Assembly (NCBI GenBank): GCA_018825985.1
Contig: JAHKAP010000035.1
Span: 1-62,788 of the forward strand
Direction: 5' to 3'
DNA from: Candidatus Omnitrophota bacterium
Lineage (GTDB): Bacteria > Omnitrophota > Gorgyraeia > Gygaellales > Profunditerraquicolaceae
DNA: 62,788 nucleotides
Shown here: piece by piece, positions 31,898 through 43,123 of the stretch
Layout of the letters: every line of letters starts with the position of its first letter
Numbering within the stretch: position 1 is the stretch's first letter
Program-made: the position numbers and the translations under genes
The notes under the pieces: model-generated
Database searches by the model: none
The model's input: the letters and a program-made list of their open reading frames with translations, nothing else
What the model was told of the DNA's origin: nothing

Positions 31898-31977
31898 CAC
31901 GGATGCACATAGATAAAATAACGGATTCGCGCGGATAATCTGTGGAAATCCGTGTAATAAATCCGCGGGAATCCATG
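31898..31977. repeat. cluster of ACGGAT / AATCCG motifs (lptB-tig spacer)
   Basis: acggatg, acggatt, gcggata, then aaatccgtg and aaatccgcgggaatcc. The segment GTAATAAATCCGCGGGAATCC parallels GTAAAATCCGCGTGAATCC at 26021-26039. Confidence 0.65.
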
Positions 31978-31999
31978 AAAAAAGGAGCGATAGCAACCA

Positions 32000-32875
32000 A
32001 TGAAAACTGAAGTTAAAGTAGTTGATAATGCTAAAAGAGAGATCTGCGTAGAGGTGAGCGGAGATGTGGTTAAGAATAAATTCGAGGATGTTTTTAAAAG
32101 GATCAGCCAGGAGGCTAAGGTCAAGGGTTTTAGGCCCGGGCATGTTCCGCGGGACATATTAGAAAAGAATTATTCTTCGTTAGCGCATGAACAAGTGATA
32201 CGGGAGCTGGTCCCGGATATTTACGGTGAGGCTTTGGATAAGGAAAAACTGGCGGCTATAGACCTGCCTCAGATAACCGACGTTAAATTGGACAGAAATT
32301 CGCTTTCTTTCAAGGCGAGGTTAGAGATAATGCCGGAGATAACGGTGAATAAATATAAAGGTTTAAAAATTGAATATCAACAGGCTCAGGTTAATCCTGA
32401 TGAGATCAAGCGCAATATCGATTCGATTAAAGAGTCGCGTAAGGCTGAAATAATTGACGATAATTTTGCCAAGAATTTAGGTTATCCCGGTTTAACCGAG
32501 CTGGAGAAAGTAATGCAGAGGCAGCTCGCTGCCCAGAAAGACAGCCAGCAGCGCCATAATATAGAAAGCCAGGTAATTGAGCAGCTCATCAAGGAACTGG
32601 ATTTTAAACTTCCGGAGTCGCTGGTAAAAAAACAGCATGAGGATCTGCTCAGGCAGACCAAGATGGACTTGGCGATCAAAGGGGTGCCCAAGGAAAAAAT
32701 TGAAGAACAAGAAAAGAAGATCGCTCAGGATTTGGAACCGGAAGCTAAAAAACAGGTAAAGATCTATATGATTTTATCTGCTATAGCCAAGAAAGAAAAT
32801 ATCGCTGTAGATGACCATATGCCGCAAAAGGTAATGGAATTTTTATTCAGAGAAGCAGACTGGGTAATTAAATAA
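32000..32875 (+). CDS. tig: trigger factor-like chaperone lacking the PPIase domain
   Basis: The N-terminal ribosome-binding domain carries GFRPGHVP. After about 125 aa the sequence runs directly into the C-terminal arm-type region ([20 protein letters not shown]...). It is only 291 aa. Confidence 0.7.
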   Translation: MKTEVKVVDNAKREICVEVSGDVVKNKFEDVFKRISQEAKVKGFRPGHVPRDILEKNYSSLAHEQVIRELVPDIYGEALDKEKLAAIDLPQITDVKLDRNSLSFKARLEIMPEITVNKYKGLKIEYQQAQVNPDEIKRNIDSIKESRKAEIIDDNFAKNLGYPGLTELEKVMQRQLAAQKDSQQRHNIESQVIEQLIKELDFKLPESLVKKQHEDLLRQTKMDLAIKGVPKEKIEEQEKKIAQDLEPEAKKQVKIYMILSAIAKKENIAVDDHMPQKVMEFLFREADWVIK

Positions 32876-32886
32876 CGGAGGTGAGC

Positions 32887-33492
32887 ATGACCGCTAAAAA
32901 CCAGGTTTTGATTCCGATGGTAATCGAGCAGACGGCCCGAGGTTATGAAAGGGCTTATGATATTTATTCCAGGCTTCTGAAAGATAGGATTATTTTTTTA
33001 GGCACTTCCATTGATGACAATGTGGCAAACCTGATTATCGCCCAGATGCTATTTTTACAGCAAGAAGACGCGACTAAGGATATCAATCTTTACATCAACT
33101 CACCCGGAGGATCGGTCACTTCCGGTATGGCTATTTATGATACTATACAATTTATTAAATGCGACGTAGCCACTTATTGCGTGGGCCAGGCTGCCAGCAT
33201 GGGGGCTATTCTTTTGTGCGCCGGAACAAAAGGGAAACGCTCCTCTTTGCCTAATTCCCGGGTCATGATCCATCAGCCCTGGGGAGGGGTACAGGGAGCA
33301 GCCGAAGATATATCCAGGCATGCCCAGGAGATCTTAAAGCTTAGGGACAAGATCAACCAGATATTAGCGGCGCATACCGGGCAATCCATTGAAAAGATCC
33401 TCAAAGACAGCGATCGGGATTATTTTATGTCAGCCCAAGAGGCTAAGGATTACGGCTTGATTGATGAGGTATTTATAGGCAAGAAAAAGTAA
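32887..33492 (+). CDS. clpP: ATP-dependent Clp protease proteolytic subunit
   Basis: [25 protein letters not shown] (Ser) and MIHQP (His). ATG 32887 lies 6 nt after GGAGG; the ORF track's GTG at 32881 is less likely. Confidence 0.9.
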   Translation: MTAKNQVLIPMVIEQTARGYERAYDIYSRLLKDRIIFLGTSIDDNVANLIIAQMLFLQQEDATKDINLYINSPGGSVTSGMAIYDTIQFIKCDVATYCVGQAASMGAILLCAGTKGKRSSLPNSRVMIHQPWGGVQGAAEDISRHAQEILKLRDKINQILAAHTGQSIEKILKDSDRDYFMSAQEAKDYGLIDEVFIGKKK

Positions 33493-33500
33493 TTTTAATG

Positions 33501-33552
33501 GGGACAGCGACTATTTTTTCTATAATCTCTAATAAAAAATAGTCGCTGTCCC
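33501..33552. repeat. perfect 19-bp palindromic element GGGACAGCGACTATTTTTT / AAAAAATAGTCGCTGTCCC (terminator-like)
   Basis: Arms at 33501-33519 and 33534-33552 with a 14-nt loop, in the clpP-aminotransferase spacer. A near-identical element lies at 43050-43100. Confidence 0.85.
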
Positions 33553-33573
33553 TAATAACCGAAAGGAAGTAAA

Positions 33574-34710
33574 ATGAAAAAGAATTATCTATTGACTCCG
33601 GGTCCGACACCATTGCCGGCAGAGGTTTGCGAGGCTTTAGCCAGGCCGATAATTCATCATCGCACGCCTCAGTTCCAGGCGATATTAAAAGAGGCGCACG
33701 AAGGCCTGAAGTACGTATACCAGACTACCAGTAATGTTTTTATCTTAGCTTCTTCCGGGACCGGGGCAATGGAAACGGCAGTTATAAATTTTCTTTCACC
33801 CGGGGATACGGTAATAACTGTAGAGGGCGGTAAATTCGGCGAACGCTGGACTGAGATATGTCTTGCCTACGGGATCAATTGCGAGGTATTGAAAGTGGAA
33901 TGGGGCAAGGCAGTAGACCCTAAAGATATCGAAAAACAGTTAAAAAGCAATCCTAAAATAAAAGCGGTATTCACTACTCTTTGTGAAACTTCAACTGGCG
34001 TCGTGGTTGATATGCAGGCGATCGGCGCGGCGGTAAAAGATACTTCCGCTATATTGGTGGTGGATGCGATCAGTGGTTTAGGCGCAATCGACCTGAAGAC
34101 CGATGCCTGGAATTGCGATGTGGTAGTTTCAGGTTCTCAAAAAGGGCTGATGCTTCCTCCGGGTTTAGGTTTTATTTCAGTTAGCCCTAAGGCCTGGAAA
34201 TTATCCGAGACTTCCAAGTGTCCGAAATATTATTTTAGTTTAAAAGCGGCCCAGAAAGCTTACGAGAGTACCGATACCCCCTGGACCCCGGCTATTGGTT
34301 TGATCATTGCGCTTAATGACGCGATCAAGTTAATGAAGCAGGATGGTCTGGAGAATATTTTTAAGCGGCACAATAAAATGGCGGATGCCACTAGGGCTGC
34401 TATGAAGGCATTGGGTCTGGAACTTTTTTCTCCTACGGCAGCTTCGGATGTGGTGACCGCGGCTAAGGTTCCGGCAGGCCTCGACGGAGAAAAGCTGGTC
34501 AAGACCATGAGAGATATTCACGGTGTAACTATTGCCGGCGGCCAATCCGAGATGAAAGGCAAGCTTATTAGAATCGCCCACATGGGTTATATCGGAGAGT
34601 TTGATATTATTCTGGGAATATCCTGTTTAGAAAAAGTCCTGGCCCAGATGGGTTATAAATTTCAGATGGGAGCGGGGGTTAAAGCCGCAGAAGAAGTTTT
34701 CTTGAAATAA
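33574..34710 (+). CDS. class V aminotransferase (serine-pyruvate / phosphoserine aminotransferase-like)
   Basis: LTPGPTPLP at the N terminus and the PLP-Lys motif VVSGSQKGLMLPPGL. It sits next to serA. Confidence 0.7.
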   Translation: MKKNYLLTPGPTPLPAEVCEALARPIIHHRTPQFQAILKEAHEGLKYVYQTTSNVFILASSGTGAMETAVINFLSPGDTVITVEGGKFGERWTEICLAYGINCEVLKVEWGKAVDPKDIEKQLKSNPKIKAVFTTLCETSTGVVVDMQAIGAAVKDTSAILVVDAISGLGAIDLKTDAWNCDVVVSGSQKGLMLPPGLGFISVSPKAWKLSETSKCPKYYFSLKAAQKAYESTDTPWTPAIGLIIALNDAIKLMKQDGLENIFKRHNKMADATRAAMKALGLELFSPTAASDVVTAAKVPAGLDGEKLVKTMRDIHGVTIAGGQSEMKGKLIRIAHMGYIGEFDIILGISCLEKVLAQMGYKFQMGAGVKAAEEVFLK

Positions 34711-34799
34711 AGAAGGTAAAGGTAGAGTAAAAGCAATTCTGAAGGCGTTTTTCTATACCTATACCTAGTTATTTTAACAGATAAGTAAGGAGGATGATA

Positions 34800-36386
34800 A
34801 TGTTTAAAATTTTAGTTAGCGATTCTTTATCCGAGGAAGGCCTAAAAATATTAAAGGGAAATAAAGATTTTCAGGTTGATGTCAAAATCGGGATGAAGCC
34901 CGAAGAACTAAAGGCTGTAGTCGGGGATTACGATGCTCTTTTAGTCAGGAGCGCCACCAAGGTAACTAAAGATATTATTGCCGCGGCCAACAAGCTTAAG
35001 GTAATCGGCAGGGCTGGAGTAGGGCTGGATAACGTGGACCTTCCGGCAGCAACCGAAAGAGGCATAGTGGTAATGAATACTCCGGCGGGAAATACCATTT
35101 CTACTTGTGAGCAGACTTTGAGCCTTATTTTATCTTTGGCCCGCAGTATCCCTTTGGCAAATTCTACTACCAAGGCAGGGGAATGGAGACGTTCCAAATT
35201 CATGGGAGTGGAACTTTACCAGAAGACTTTAGGCGTAGTCGGCCTGGGCAAGATCGGTTCAGAAGTGGCTAAACGGGCGATCTCTTTCGGGATGAAGGTT
35301 TTGGCATATGATCCTTATTTATCCCGTGAAGCAGCCCAACACATGGGGATCGAAGCAGTAGAATTAAATGAATTACTTAAAACAGCGGATTTTATTACGG
35401 TTCATGTTCCATTAACCGAAGATACCAAATATCTGATCTCAGACGAGGAATTTACTCTGATGAAGAAGACTTGCCGGGTGATTAATTGCGCCCGGGGAGG
35501 GATAATCGAGGAAAAGGCGTTGATTAACGCGCTTAAAGAAGGCAAGATAGCCGGAGCGGCTTTAGACGTATTTGAAAAAGAACCTCCGGATCCGAATTCG
35601 GAATTATTAAAGATGGATAATGTAGTGGTCAGCTGTCATTTAGGGGCTTCGACCGAAGAGGCCCAGGTGAATGTGGCTATTGAGGTGGCTGAATGCGTAC
35701 GGGATTTTCTATCCGGCAAAGGAATTCGCAATGCCGCCAATTACCCGAATATCGAACCGGAGCTATACAAGATCCTTCAGCCGTATATAATTATGGCCGA
35801 GAAACTGGGGGATTTTTCCGGCCAGATAATTGAGGGGAGGATTAATGAGATTAGCATTCAGTATAGCGGTGATATCACCAAGTATAATACCGCTTCTCTG
35901 ACCATGGCCCTGGTCAAGGGGCTTTTAAAACCGGTATTAAAAGATACGGTCAATTTTATTAATGCCATTCCGATCGCCAAAACCAGGGGTATTCAGATCA
36001 AGGAGACCAAGACCCTGGTGGAAGAAGATTTTGTTAACCTGATCTCGCTTAAAATAACCACTGATAAAGAGACCCGCAAGTTTGCGGCTTCGCTTTCTCC
36101 GAAGAGAGAGCCTAGGATCGTCAAGATAGATGATTTTTATGTTGAGGCTGCTCCGTCAGGATACCTGTTGACGATGAAGAATTGGGATAAACCGGGGATC
36201 ATTGGGAGTATCGGAACGCTTTTAGGAAAACATAACATTAATATCGCGGCAATGACTTTTGGCAGAAAGATTGAAGGCGGGGAGGCGGTAAGTTTATTGA
36301 ATGTGGACTCACCAATCTCTCCTGAACTTATGGAGAAGATCAAAAAGCTGGATAATATATTGGCTGTAAAGGTTATAAAGCTATAA
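34800..36386 (+). CDS. serA: D-3-phosphoglycerate dehydrogenase (with ASB/ACT regulatory region)
   Basis: GVVGLGKIGSEVAKRA (NAD Rossmann), INCARGG and a C-terminal ACT-like domain. ATG 34800 lies 6 nt after AAGGAGG; ATG 34794 abuts the RBS. Confidence 0.85.
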   Translation: MFKILVSDSLSEEGLKILKGNKDFQVDVKIGMKPEELKAVVGDYDALLVRSATKVTKDIIAAANKLKVIGRAGVGLDNVDLPAATERGIVVMNTPAGNTISTCEQTLSLILSLARSIPLANSTTKAGEWRRSKFMGVELYQKTLGVVGLGKIGSEVAKRAISFGMKVLAYDPYLSREAAQHMGIEAVELNELLKTADFITVHVPLTEDTKYLISDEEFTLMKKTCRVINCARGGIIEEKALINALKEGKIAGAALDVFEKEPPDPNSELLKMDNVVVSCHLGASTEEAQVNVAIEVAECVRDFLSGKGIRNAANYPNIEPELYKILQPYIIMAEKLGDFSGQIIEGRINEISIQYSGDITKYNTASLTMALVKGLLKPVLKDTVNFINAIPIAKTRGIQIKETKTLVEEDFVNLISLKITTDKETRKFAASLSPKREPRIVKIDDFYVEAAPSGYLLTMKNWDKPGIIGSIGTLLGKHNINIAAMTFGRKIEGGEAVSLLNVDSPISPELMEKIKKLDNILAVKVIKL

Positions 36387-38146
36387 TGTGTAAATTCGCC
36401 ATCTATCATCCATTATCCATTGTCCGATTTGGGTTTATTTTCTTATTAATGTTTTGCCTATTGAATTTTAATAGTTATGCCGAGGAGATTACCATACTTT
36501 ACACCGGCGAGACCCATGCCATGCTTTATCCTTGTAACTGCCCGATTGAATCCGACGGAGGAGTAGCCCGTAGGGCCGGCCTGATCAAGGAATTAAGGGC
36601 AAAAAACGCCAATATTTTAGTTTTGGATTCAGGCGGATTTTTTGCCGGTGGATTAGCCGATGAATATACCCAGAATACGGACCTGGACAAGAAAAGAACA
36701 TTAGTAAATCTTAAAGCCCTGGAATTAATGAAATATGACGTTTTGAATTTAGGGGATAATGAATTTAATTTTGGCAGGGAATTTCTGCAACAGGCTATAA
36801 AAGACGTAAAAGTAAATTTTGTCTGTGGCAATGTAAAATTAGATAACGTTTTACCTTATATAATAAAAGAGTTGGCTGGCGTAAAGATCGGGATAATCGG
36901 AGTGGCTCCTGTTTCAATGGCCCCTAAAACCGGCGGACTGGATATTCAGGAGCCCATTTCTAAAGTAAGACAGATAGCGGAGGAACTTAGGTCCAAATCA
37001 GTTGATATTATTATTCTTTTAAGCCAATTAGGCGAAGATGAAGATACTCGGTTGGTCAAAGAAGTTCCGGGGATTGATGTGGTTATGATCGGACATAGGC
37101 GCCTGAAAGAAGCTATTTTTGGCAAGGTAAATTCAACTTTAATGTTAAGGCCGGCCTGGCAAGGCCGCAGATTAGGCAAAGCAGTTTTAAATATAAAAGA
37201 TAAAAAAATTTCCGGCTATAAGATAGATGAATTACGTTTGTCAGATAAAATAATTGATGATGAAACTATAGGATCGGTGCTTCCCCGTTGTTTTTCCGAG
37301 GCTAACTGTAAAAAAGAAAAAATGATCCCGACCTGCCAGAATCCCGGGGAGATCAGCTCTCAGTGCGTGTTTACCGAAGCTAATAAAGTCCGGCTTGCGG
37401 TAATCAACCCTAAATCCTGCATGGTTTGTGATATTCAGCCGGTAATAAATTACTTTAAAAAGAAAATCTCCGGGCTGGAAGTTACTGAGGTCCCTTACCC
37501 GGGCAAGGAAGCGGATAAACTGATCAAGGAATTTAGTATTACCGGTTTACCGGCTTATTTTTTAGGCAAGGAGGCAGAGAAAGAGAGGGAATTTGAAGGC
37601 CTGAAGAATAACTTAGAATTAAAAGGCGATCTTTATTGGGTCAGGCCTCAATTGACCGGGATGTCGTATTTCTTAAATCGTGAATTAATTAAGGGCAAGC
37701 TGGATTTATTTTTTAGTTTGTTTGATAAGGATAGTCCCGCGCTTCTGGAATCGTTAAAAGAGTTTGATCTATCGCCGCATTTTCTGGCTGTGGAGAGGGA
37801 AGGTAAATTTGACGCCCCTAAAGGCGCCTTAGAAGTTGAAGAATATTTACGCAGCGCTTGCGTTCAGAAATATTACCCTCAAGCCTTCTGGGATTATGTA
37901 AGCTGCCGGGCGAAAAAAAGCGATACTTCTTGGTGGGATGATTGCGCAGCGGGTAAATTCGATACGCTTAAGATCAAGGCCTGCGCCCAATCCGAAGAGG
38001 GAAAAGACCTATTAAGGCAAAATATTAGCCTGAACAAAGAACTGATGGTCATGTTCGGGCCCACGTATCTGTTAAATAACAGAGAGATTTTTAGTTCCAA
38101 GGGGGCTCCCTCTAAAGAGGAGCTCAGAAAGATAATAAAAAGGTAG
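36386..38146 (+). CDS. secreted metallophosphoesterase/5'-nucleotidase-like protein with Cys-containing C-terminal domain
   Basis: N-terminal signal-like FIFLLMFCLLNFNSYA, then ILYTGETHAMLYPCNCP and VLDSGGFF..., GDNEFNF. The function is not resolved by eye. Confidence 0.45.
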   Translation: MCKFAIYHPLSIVRFGFIFLLMFCLLNFNSYAEEITILYTGETHAMLYPCNCPIESDGGVARRAGLIKELRAKNANILVLDSGGFFAGGLADEYTQNTDLDKKRTLVNLKALELMKYDVLNLGDNEFNFGREFLQQAIKDVKVNFVCGNVKLDNVLPYIIKELAGVKIGIIGVAPVSMAPKTGGLDIQEPISKVRQIAEELRSKSVDIIILLSQLGEDEDTRLVKEVPGIDVVMIGHRRLKEAIFGKVNSTLMLRPAWQGRRLGKAVLNIKDKKISGYKIDELRLSDKIIDDETIGSVLPRCFSEANCKKEKMIPTCQNPGEISSQCVFTEANKVRLAVINPKSCMVCDIQPVINYFKKKISGLEVTEVPYPGKEADKLIKEFSITGLPAYFLGKEAEKEREFEGLKNNLELKGDLYWVRPQLTGMSYFLNRELIKGKLDLFFSLFDKDSPALLESLKEFDLSPHFLAVEREGKFDAPKGALEVEEYLRSACVQKYYPQAFWDYVSCRAKKSDTSWWDDCAAGKFDTLKIKACAQSEEGKDLLRQNISLNKELMVMFGPTYLLNNREIFSSKGAPSKEELRKIIKR

Positions 38147-38157
38147 AGAGGTGAAAA

Positions 38158-39402
38158 ATGGCAGATAAACCAAAAATATATTTAATTGACGTTACGAACC
38201 GGGACGGGGTCCAGACATCGCGGATCTGTTTGTCTAAGCTCCAGAAGACAATGATCAATACCCTGCTTAATGAAATGGGCGTGTTCCAGACGGAATTTGG
38301 GTTTCCGATCACCCACCATGAGACCAATTATCTTAATGCCAACCTGGAGTTGGTTAAGAAAGGGGTATTGGTCCCTATTCACTTAGGAGGATGGCTGAGG
38401 GCGATCAAGGAAGATGTTGAGCAGTCGTTTAAACTGGTGCCTGCGATAAAACATCTGAATTTATCCATTTCTACCTCTGATCAGATGATTGAGCACAAAT
38501 TCAAGGGGAAACTGGATTATGTTTCTATAATTAAAGAGATGTCTGAGGCGGTTAAGGAAGGCCGTAAGCTGGGCGCGGAGACTATTGGGGTGAATGCTGA
38601 GGACGCCTCAAGGTCGCGGATGGAATATCTGGTAGAATTCGGCCAGGCAGCCAAAGCAGCGGGAGCAGACCGTTTGAGGTATTGTGATACTTTAGGTTTT
38701 GATTCTCCGTTCAGTATTTATGAGCGGATCAAGATAATAGCCGAAAAGGTGAAATTGCCTATCGAAGTCCATTGTCACAATGATCTGGGTATGGTAGTAG
38801 CTAATTCGATTGCCGGGGCTATGGCAGCCAATGACTGTGGATATGACGCTTACATCAATACCTGCGTTAATGGTATGGGCGAACGGGCCGGCAACGCCGA
38901 CTTGGTTGCGGTGATCCTGGCGATAAAGTATAGCAGCCAGATAAAGGGTAAGTATATACTGGATGAAAAAGTGGATTTAAAATTAGCCTGGAAGATCTGC
39001 AAATACGCTTCTTATGCTTTCGGCATACCTATTCCGATAAATCAGCCGGGTGTGGGTTCAAACGCTTTTGCTCATGAATCCGGGATCCACGCTGACGGGG
39101 CGCTGAAAGACAGGCGGAATTACGAACTTTATGATTATGAAGAGTTAGGCCGGGGAGACCCGGAGATAATTGAGACCGGCAGGAAGATCACCGTCGGGGA
39201 ATACTCCGGCATCAAAGGCTTCAGGAATGTTTATGATAAATTGGAAATAGCTTTTAAAGACGATAAAGAGGCGACTGAGATTTTGGAACTGGCCCGCTAC
39301 GCTAATGTCCATAACCAGAAACCTTTAGTGGATGAAGAGCTTAAATTTATCGGGAAGTATCCGGATATCGCCCGAAAAATATTTACAATGTCTCCGGAAT
39401 AG
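38158..39402 (+). CDS. homocitrate/2-isopropylmalate/citramalate synthase family protein (HMGL-like aldolase)
   Basis: DVTNRDGVQ (variant of DTTLRDGEQ), HCHNDLGMVVANSIAGAMA and HESGIH. There is no LeuA regulatory domain (414 aa). Confidence 0.65.
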   Translation: MADKPKIYLIDVTNRDGVQTSRICLSKLQKTMINTLLNEMGVFQTEFGFPITHHETNYLNANLELVKKGVLVPIHLGGWLRAIKEDVEQSFKLVPAIKHLNLSISTSDQMIEHKFKGKLDYVSIIKEMSEAVKEGRKLGAETIGVNAEDASRSRMEYLVEFGQAAKAAGADRLRYCDTLGFDSPFSIYERIKIIAEKVKLPIEVHCHNDLGMVVANSIAGAMAANDCGYDAYINTCVNGMGERAGNADLVAVILAIKYSSQIKGKYILDEKVDLKLAWKICKYASYAFGIPIPINQPGVGSNAFAHESGIHADGALKDRRNYELYDYEELGRGDPEIIETGRKITVGEYSGIKGFRNVYDKLEIAFKDDKEATEILELARYANVHNQKPLVDEELKFIGKYPDIARKIFTMSPE

Positions 39403-39501
39403 AGACAAATAAAGAGGATAGGTATAGGAATAGGTGGAGGTAGAGAAAGGCAAAAACAAAAAACTTTACCTATACCTTTTACTAAACAGAATATTAATTA
39501 A

Positions 39502-40785
<1,284 letters not shown>

Positions 40786-40838
40786 CTATAATTTGAGGTT
40801 ATGATATCATAAAATTTCTAATGAAACAGGAGGTTAGG

Positions 40839-41480
40839 ATGAAAAAGTATTTTTTATTTAGTATAATTTTGACCGCCTTAGTCCTGAATGGGTGTACTTT
40901 TGTTTTTCAAGGAGGAAGGCATTCGGACCTGCAGAAGATTGAAAATCTGTCTAAGCAGGTAGATGAATTAAGCCAGGTTAAAGGTATTTTGGAGAAAAGG
41001 CTCTCCCAAGAGATCAAAGATAAAAATGTCCGGCTGAATATGATGGAGAAGGGTCTGGTGATTACTTTTGTGGCCGATATATTATTTGATTCCGGTAAGG
41101 ATAAAATAAGGCAGGAGGCTATGCCGATCCTGGATAAGGTGGCCCTGGTTTTAGAGGAGAATATTCCTGAATTCAAGGTGGGGATCGAGGGGCACAGCGA
41201 TAATGAGCCTATTAAAGTGTCCGGATGGAAGTCGAATTGGGAACTTTCCACTGCCAGGGCTTTAAGCGTATTGCATTATCTTATTGATCAAAAAAATATT
41301 GTTCCTGAACGGCTCTCCGCTATAGGTTACGGCGAGTATCATCCAGTCAGTTCGAACGATTCCAAAGAAGGCAGAAAATTCAACCGCAGGGTCGAGATCG
41401 TAATTTTACCTAAGGCTACCAAGGTTAAGGACGCTAAAAATACGCAAGCCCTTAAGGAGCCGAAGGAAAACATTAAATAA
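40839..41480 (+). CDS. OmpA/MotB-family peptidoglycan-binding lipoprotein
   Basis: Lipobox LVLNGC, then LFDSGKDKI, GHSDNEPI, NWELSTARALSV and NRRVEIVI. ATG 40839 is preceded by AGGAGG. Confidence 0.75.
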   Translation: MKKYFLFSIILTALVLNGCTFVFQGGRHSDLQKIENLSKQVDELSQVKGILEKRLSQEIKDKNVRLNMMEKGLVITFVADILFDSGKDKIRQEAMPILDKVALVLEENIPEFKVGIEGHSDNEPIKVSGWKSNWELSTARALSVLHYLIDQKNIVPERLSAIGYGEYHPVSSNDSKEGRKFNRRVEIVILPKATKVKDAKNTQALKEPKENIK

Positions 41481-41498
41481 TAAATAGGGGGATTTCAG

Positions 41499-41876
41499 AT
41501 GGAAGAAGATATCCGGGGTAAACTATTTCCAATACTGGTACTACTTACATTAATTTTTTTCATTACTACGGTTAAATCCTGCAGCGGCATCAATAAACAG
41601 AAGAATATGAAAGATAAAGAAATGTACGCCAGGCTGGAGGCCGAGGAGAAATTACAGGATGTAAAAAAGGGCTGGGATCTCCAGTTAATAGTTAAAGATA
41701 AAGAATTAAAGGATGAAAAATCTGCTCATGAAGCGACTAAAAATTTATTGGATCAGGAGAGGTTAATCAATAAAGACTTAAAAGAGGAACTGGATAAGGT
41801 TACTAAGGTTAAGGAGGTTTTGGAAGAGGAGCTTAAAGACGTCCTGGTAAACAGTAAATTGAAAACCAAAAAATAA
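41499..41876 (+). CDS. small membrane-anchored coiled-coil protein (hypothetical)
   Basis: N-terminal hydrophobic helix followed by a K/E-rich heptad-like sequence. I recognise no family. Confidence 0.45.
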   Translation: MEEDIRGKLFPILVLLTLIFFITTVKSCSGINKQKNMKDKEMYARLEAEEKLQDVKKGWDLQLIVKDKELKDEKSAHEATKNLLDQERLINKDLKEELDKVTKVKEVLEEELKDVLVNSKLKTKK

Positions 41877-41914
41877 TTCTAAAGGAGATGGTTAACTAAT
41901 AAATTGCAGCGAGG

Positions 41915-41938
41915 AAAGGGATATTCATCCCTTTTTTT
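41915..41938 (+). terminator. intrinsic terminator
   Basis: GGGAT-attc-ATCCC hairpin (41918-41931) followed by TTTTTTT (41932-41938). Confidence 0.6.
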
Positions 41939-42002
41939 GTTGCGGCGCTGCGGGTAATCGTAGCGCAAGGGTATTCCGCTTACTGCGGAAGGAGGCAATG
42001 AT

Positions 42003-43043
42003 ATGGCTCTGACAAAAATACGAAAAATTAAAAATAGGCTCTCCAGGATAGTCCCCAAAAAGAAAAAAACCGCGGTATCGGCAAGGCGCAAAGTTTTAGG
42101 CGCTAAGCGTAAAGGCGCTGTTTCTAAAAATGATAATGTTGGTATTTCTCCTAAGGATATGCTGGGTATCCAGCAGATAGAGATAGAAAAGGCAAAATTT
42201 TCTTTTATCCAGGCAAAACAATTGCCCAAGCCAATGCCTCATGACCTTCCCGGAGGATATAATAAAGACGAGATTATCTTGCAGATCCGCGACCCTTGGT
42301 GGTTGTATTCATATTGGGAAGTTACCTTAAATACCTGGGCCAAATTAAAGCAGCATCTTAAGGATGTTTTTCAAACGGCCAAAAAGACCCTCAGGGTTTA
42401 TGATGTCAGCCAGATTATTTTCAACGGTAAGAACGCGCACAAGTTTTTCGATATCGAGACCAACCATGACGCTAATGCCTGGTATATTGACGCTGCCGGG
42501 CCGGGAAAGTCCTGGTGCGTGGATTACGGTTTAAAGCTTCCCAATGGAGAATTTATAACCATAGTTCGTTCCAATACTGTCCAATCTCCGCTGGACGGGC
42601 CGTCCTGGATCACTGATGAAGAGTGGATGATCCCCGAAGAGATCTTCGGAAGGCTCTATGGTATGGGTATTGGATTGGGGCAGAGTTCGCCTGGAAAGGG
42701 TTGGCAGGAGAGGATGAAAAAGGCTTTGTTCTCCGGGATCCTGGCTTCTCCGGGAATGGCCTCAATGGCCAGCCCGGTTAAAAAGGCCCCCAAGTTGAGG
42801 AAATTCTGGTTAGTAGTAGATTGCGAATTGATCGTCTACGGGGCCACTGAACCGGACGCTTTAGTTACGGTTCAGGGGAAACCGATAAAATTAAGGCCGG
42901 ATGGAACTTTTACTCTGCGCTACGCCCTGCCTGATGGAAAGCAAGTAATCCCGGTCAAGGCTGTTGCCAGCGATGAATTGGAAGAGAGGACTATCACTCC
43001 GATAGTATCCCGGGAAACAAAGTCCAGCCAGGTATTGAAATAA
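42003..43043 (+). CDS. DUF4912-like protein (commonly paired with GH57 branching enzyme)
   Basis: DPWWLYSYWEV motif. Its position directly upstream of a GH57 gene matches the usual pairing. RBS GGAAGGAGG. Confidence 0.55.
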   Translation: MALTKIRKIKNRLSRIVPKKKKTAVSARRKVLGAKRKGAVSKNDNVGISPKDMLGIQQIEIEKAKFSFIQAKQLPKPMPHDLPGGYNKDEIILQIRDPWWLYSYWEVTLNTWAKLKQHLKDVFQTAKKTLRVYDVSQIIFNGKNAHKFFDIETNHDANAWYIDAAGPGKSWCVDYGLKLPNGEFITIVRSNTVQSPLDGPSWITDEEWMIPEEIFGRLYGMGIGLGQSSPGKGWQERMKKALFSGILASPGMASMASPVKKAPKLRKFWLVVDCELIVYGATEPDALVTVQGKPIKLRPDGTFTLRYALPDGKQVIPVKAVASDELEERTITPIVSRETKSSQVLK

Positions 43044-43049
43044 TAAATA

Positions 43050-43100
43050 GGGACAGCGACTATTTTTCTAATAGATTATTGAAAAAATAGTCGCTGTCCC
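43050..43100. repeat. palindromic element GGGACAGCGACTATTTTT / AAAAATAGTCGCTGTCCC, second copy
   Basis: Arms at 43050-43067 and 43083-43100, in the DUF4912-GH57 spacer. Confidence 0.85.
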
Positions 43101-43123
43101 TAATAAAAAAAAGAAAGATAGAC

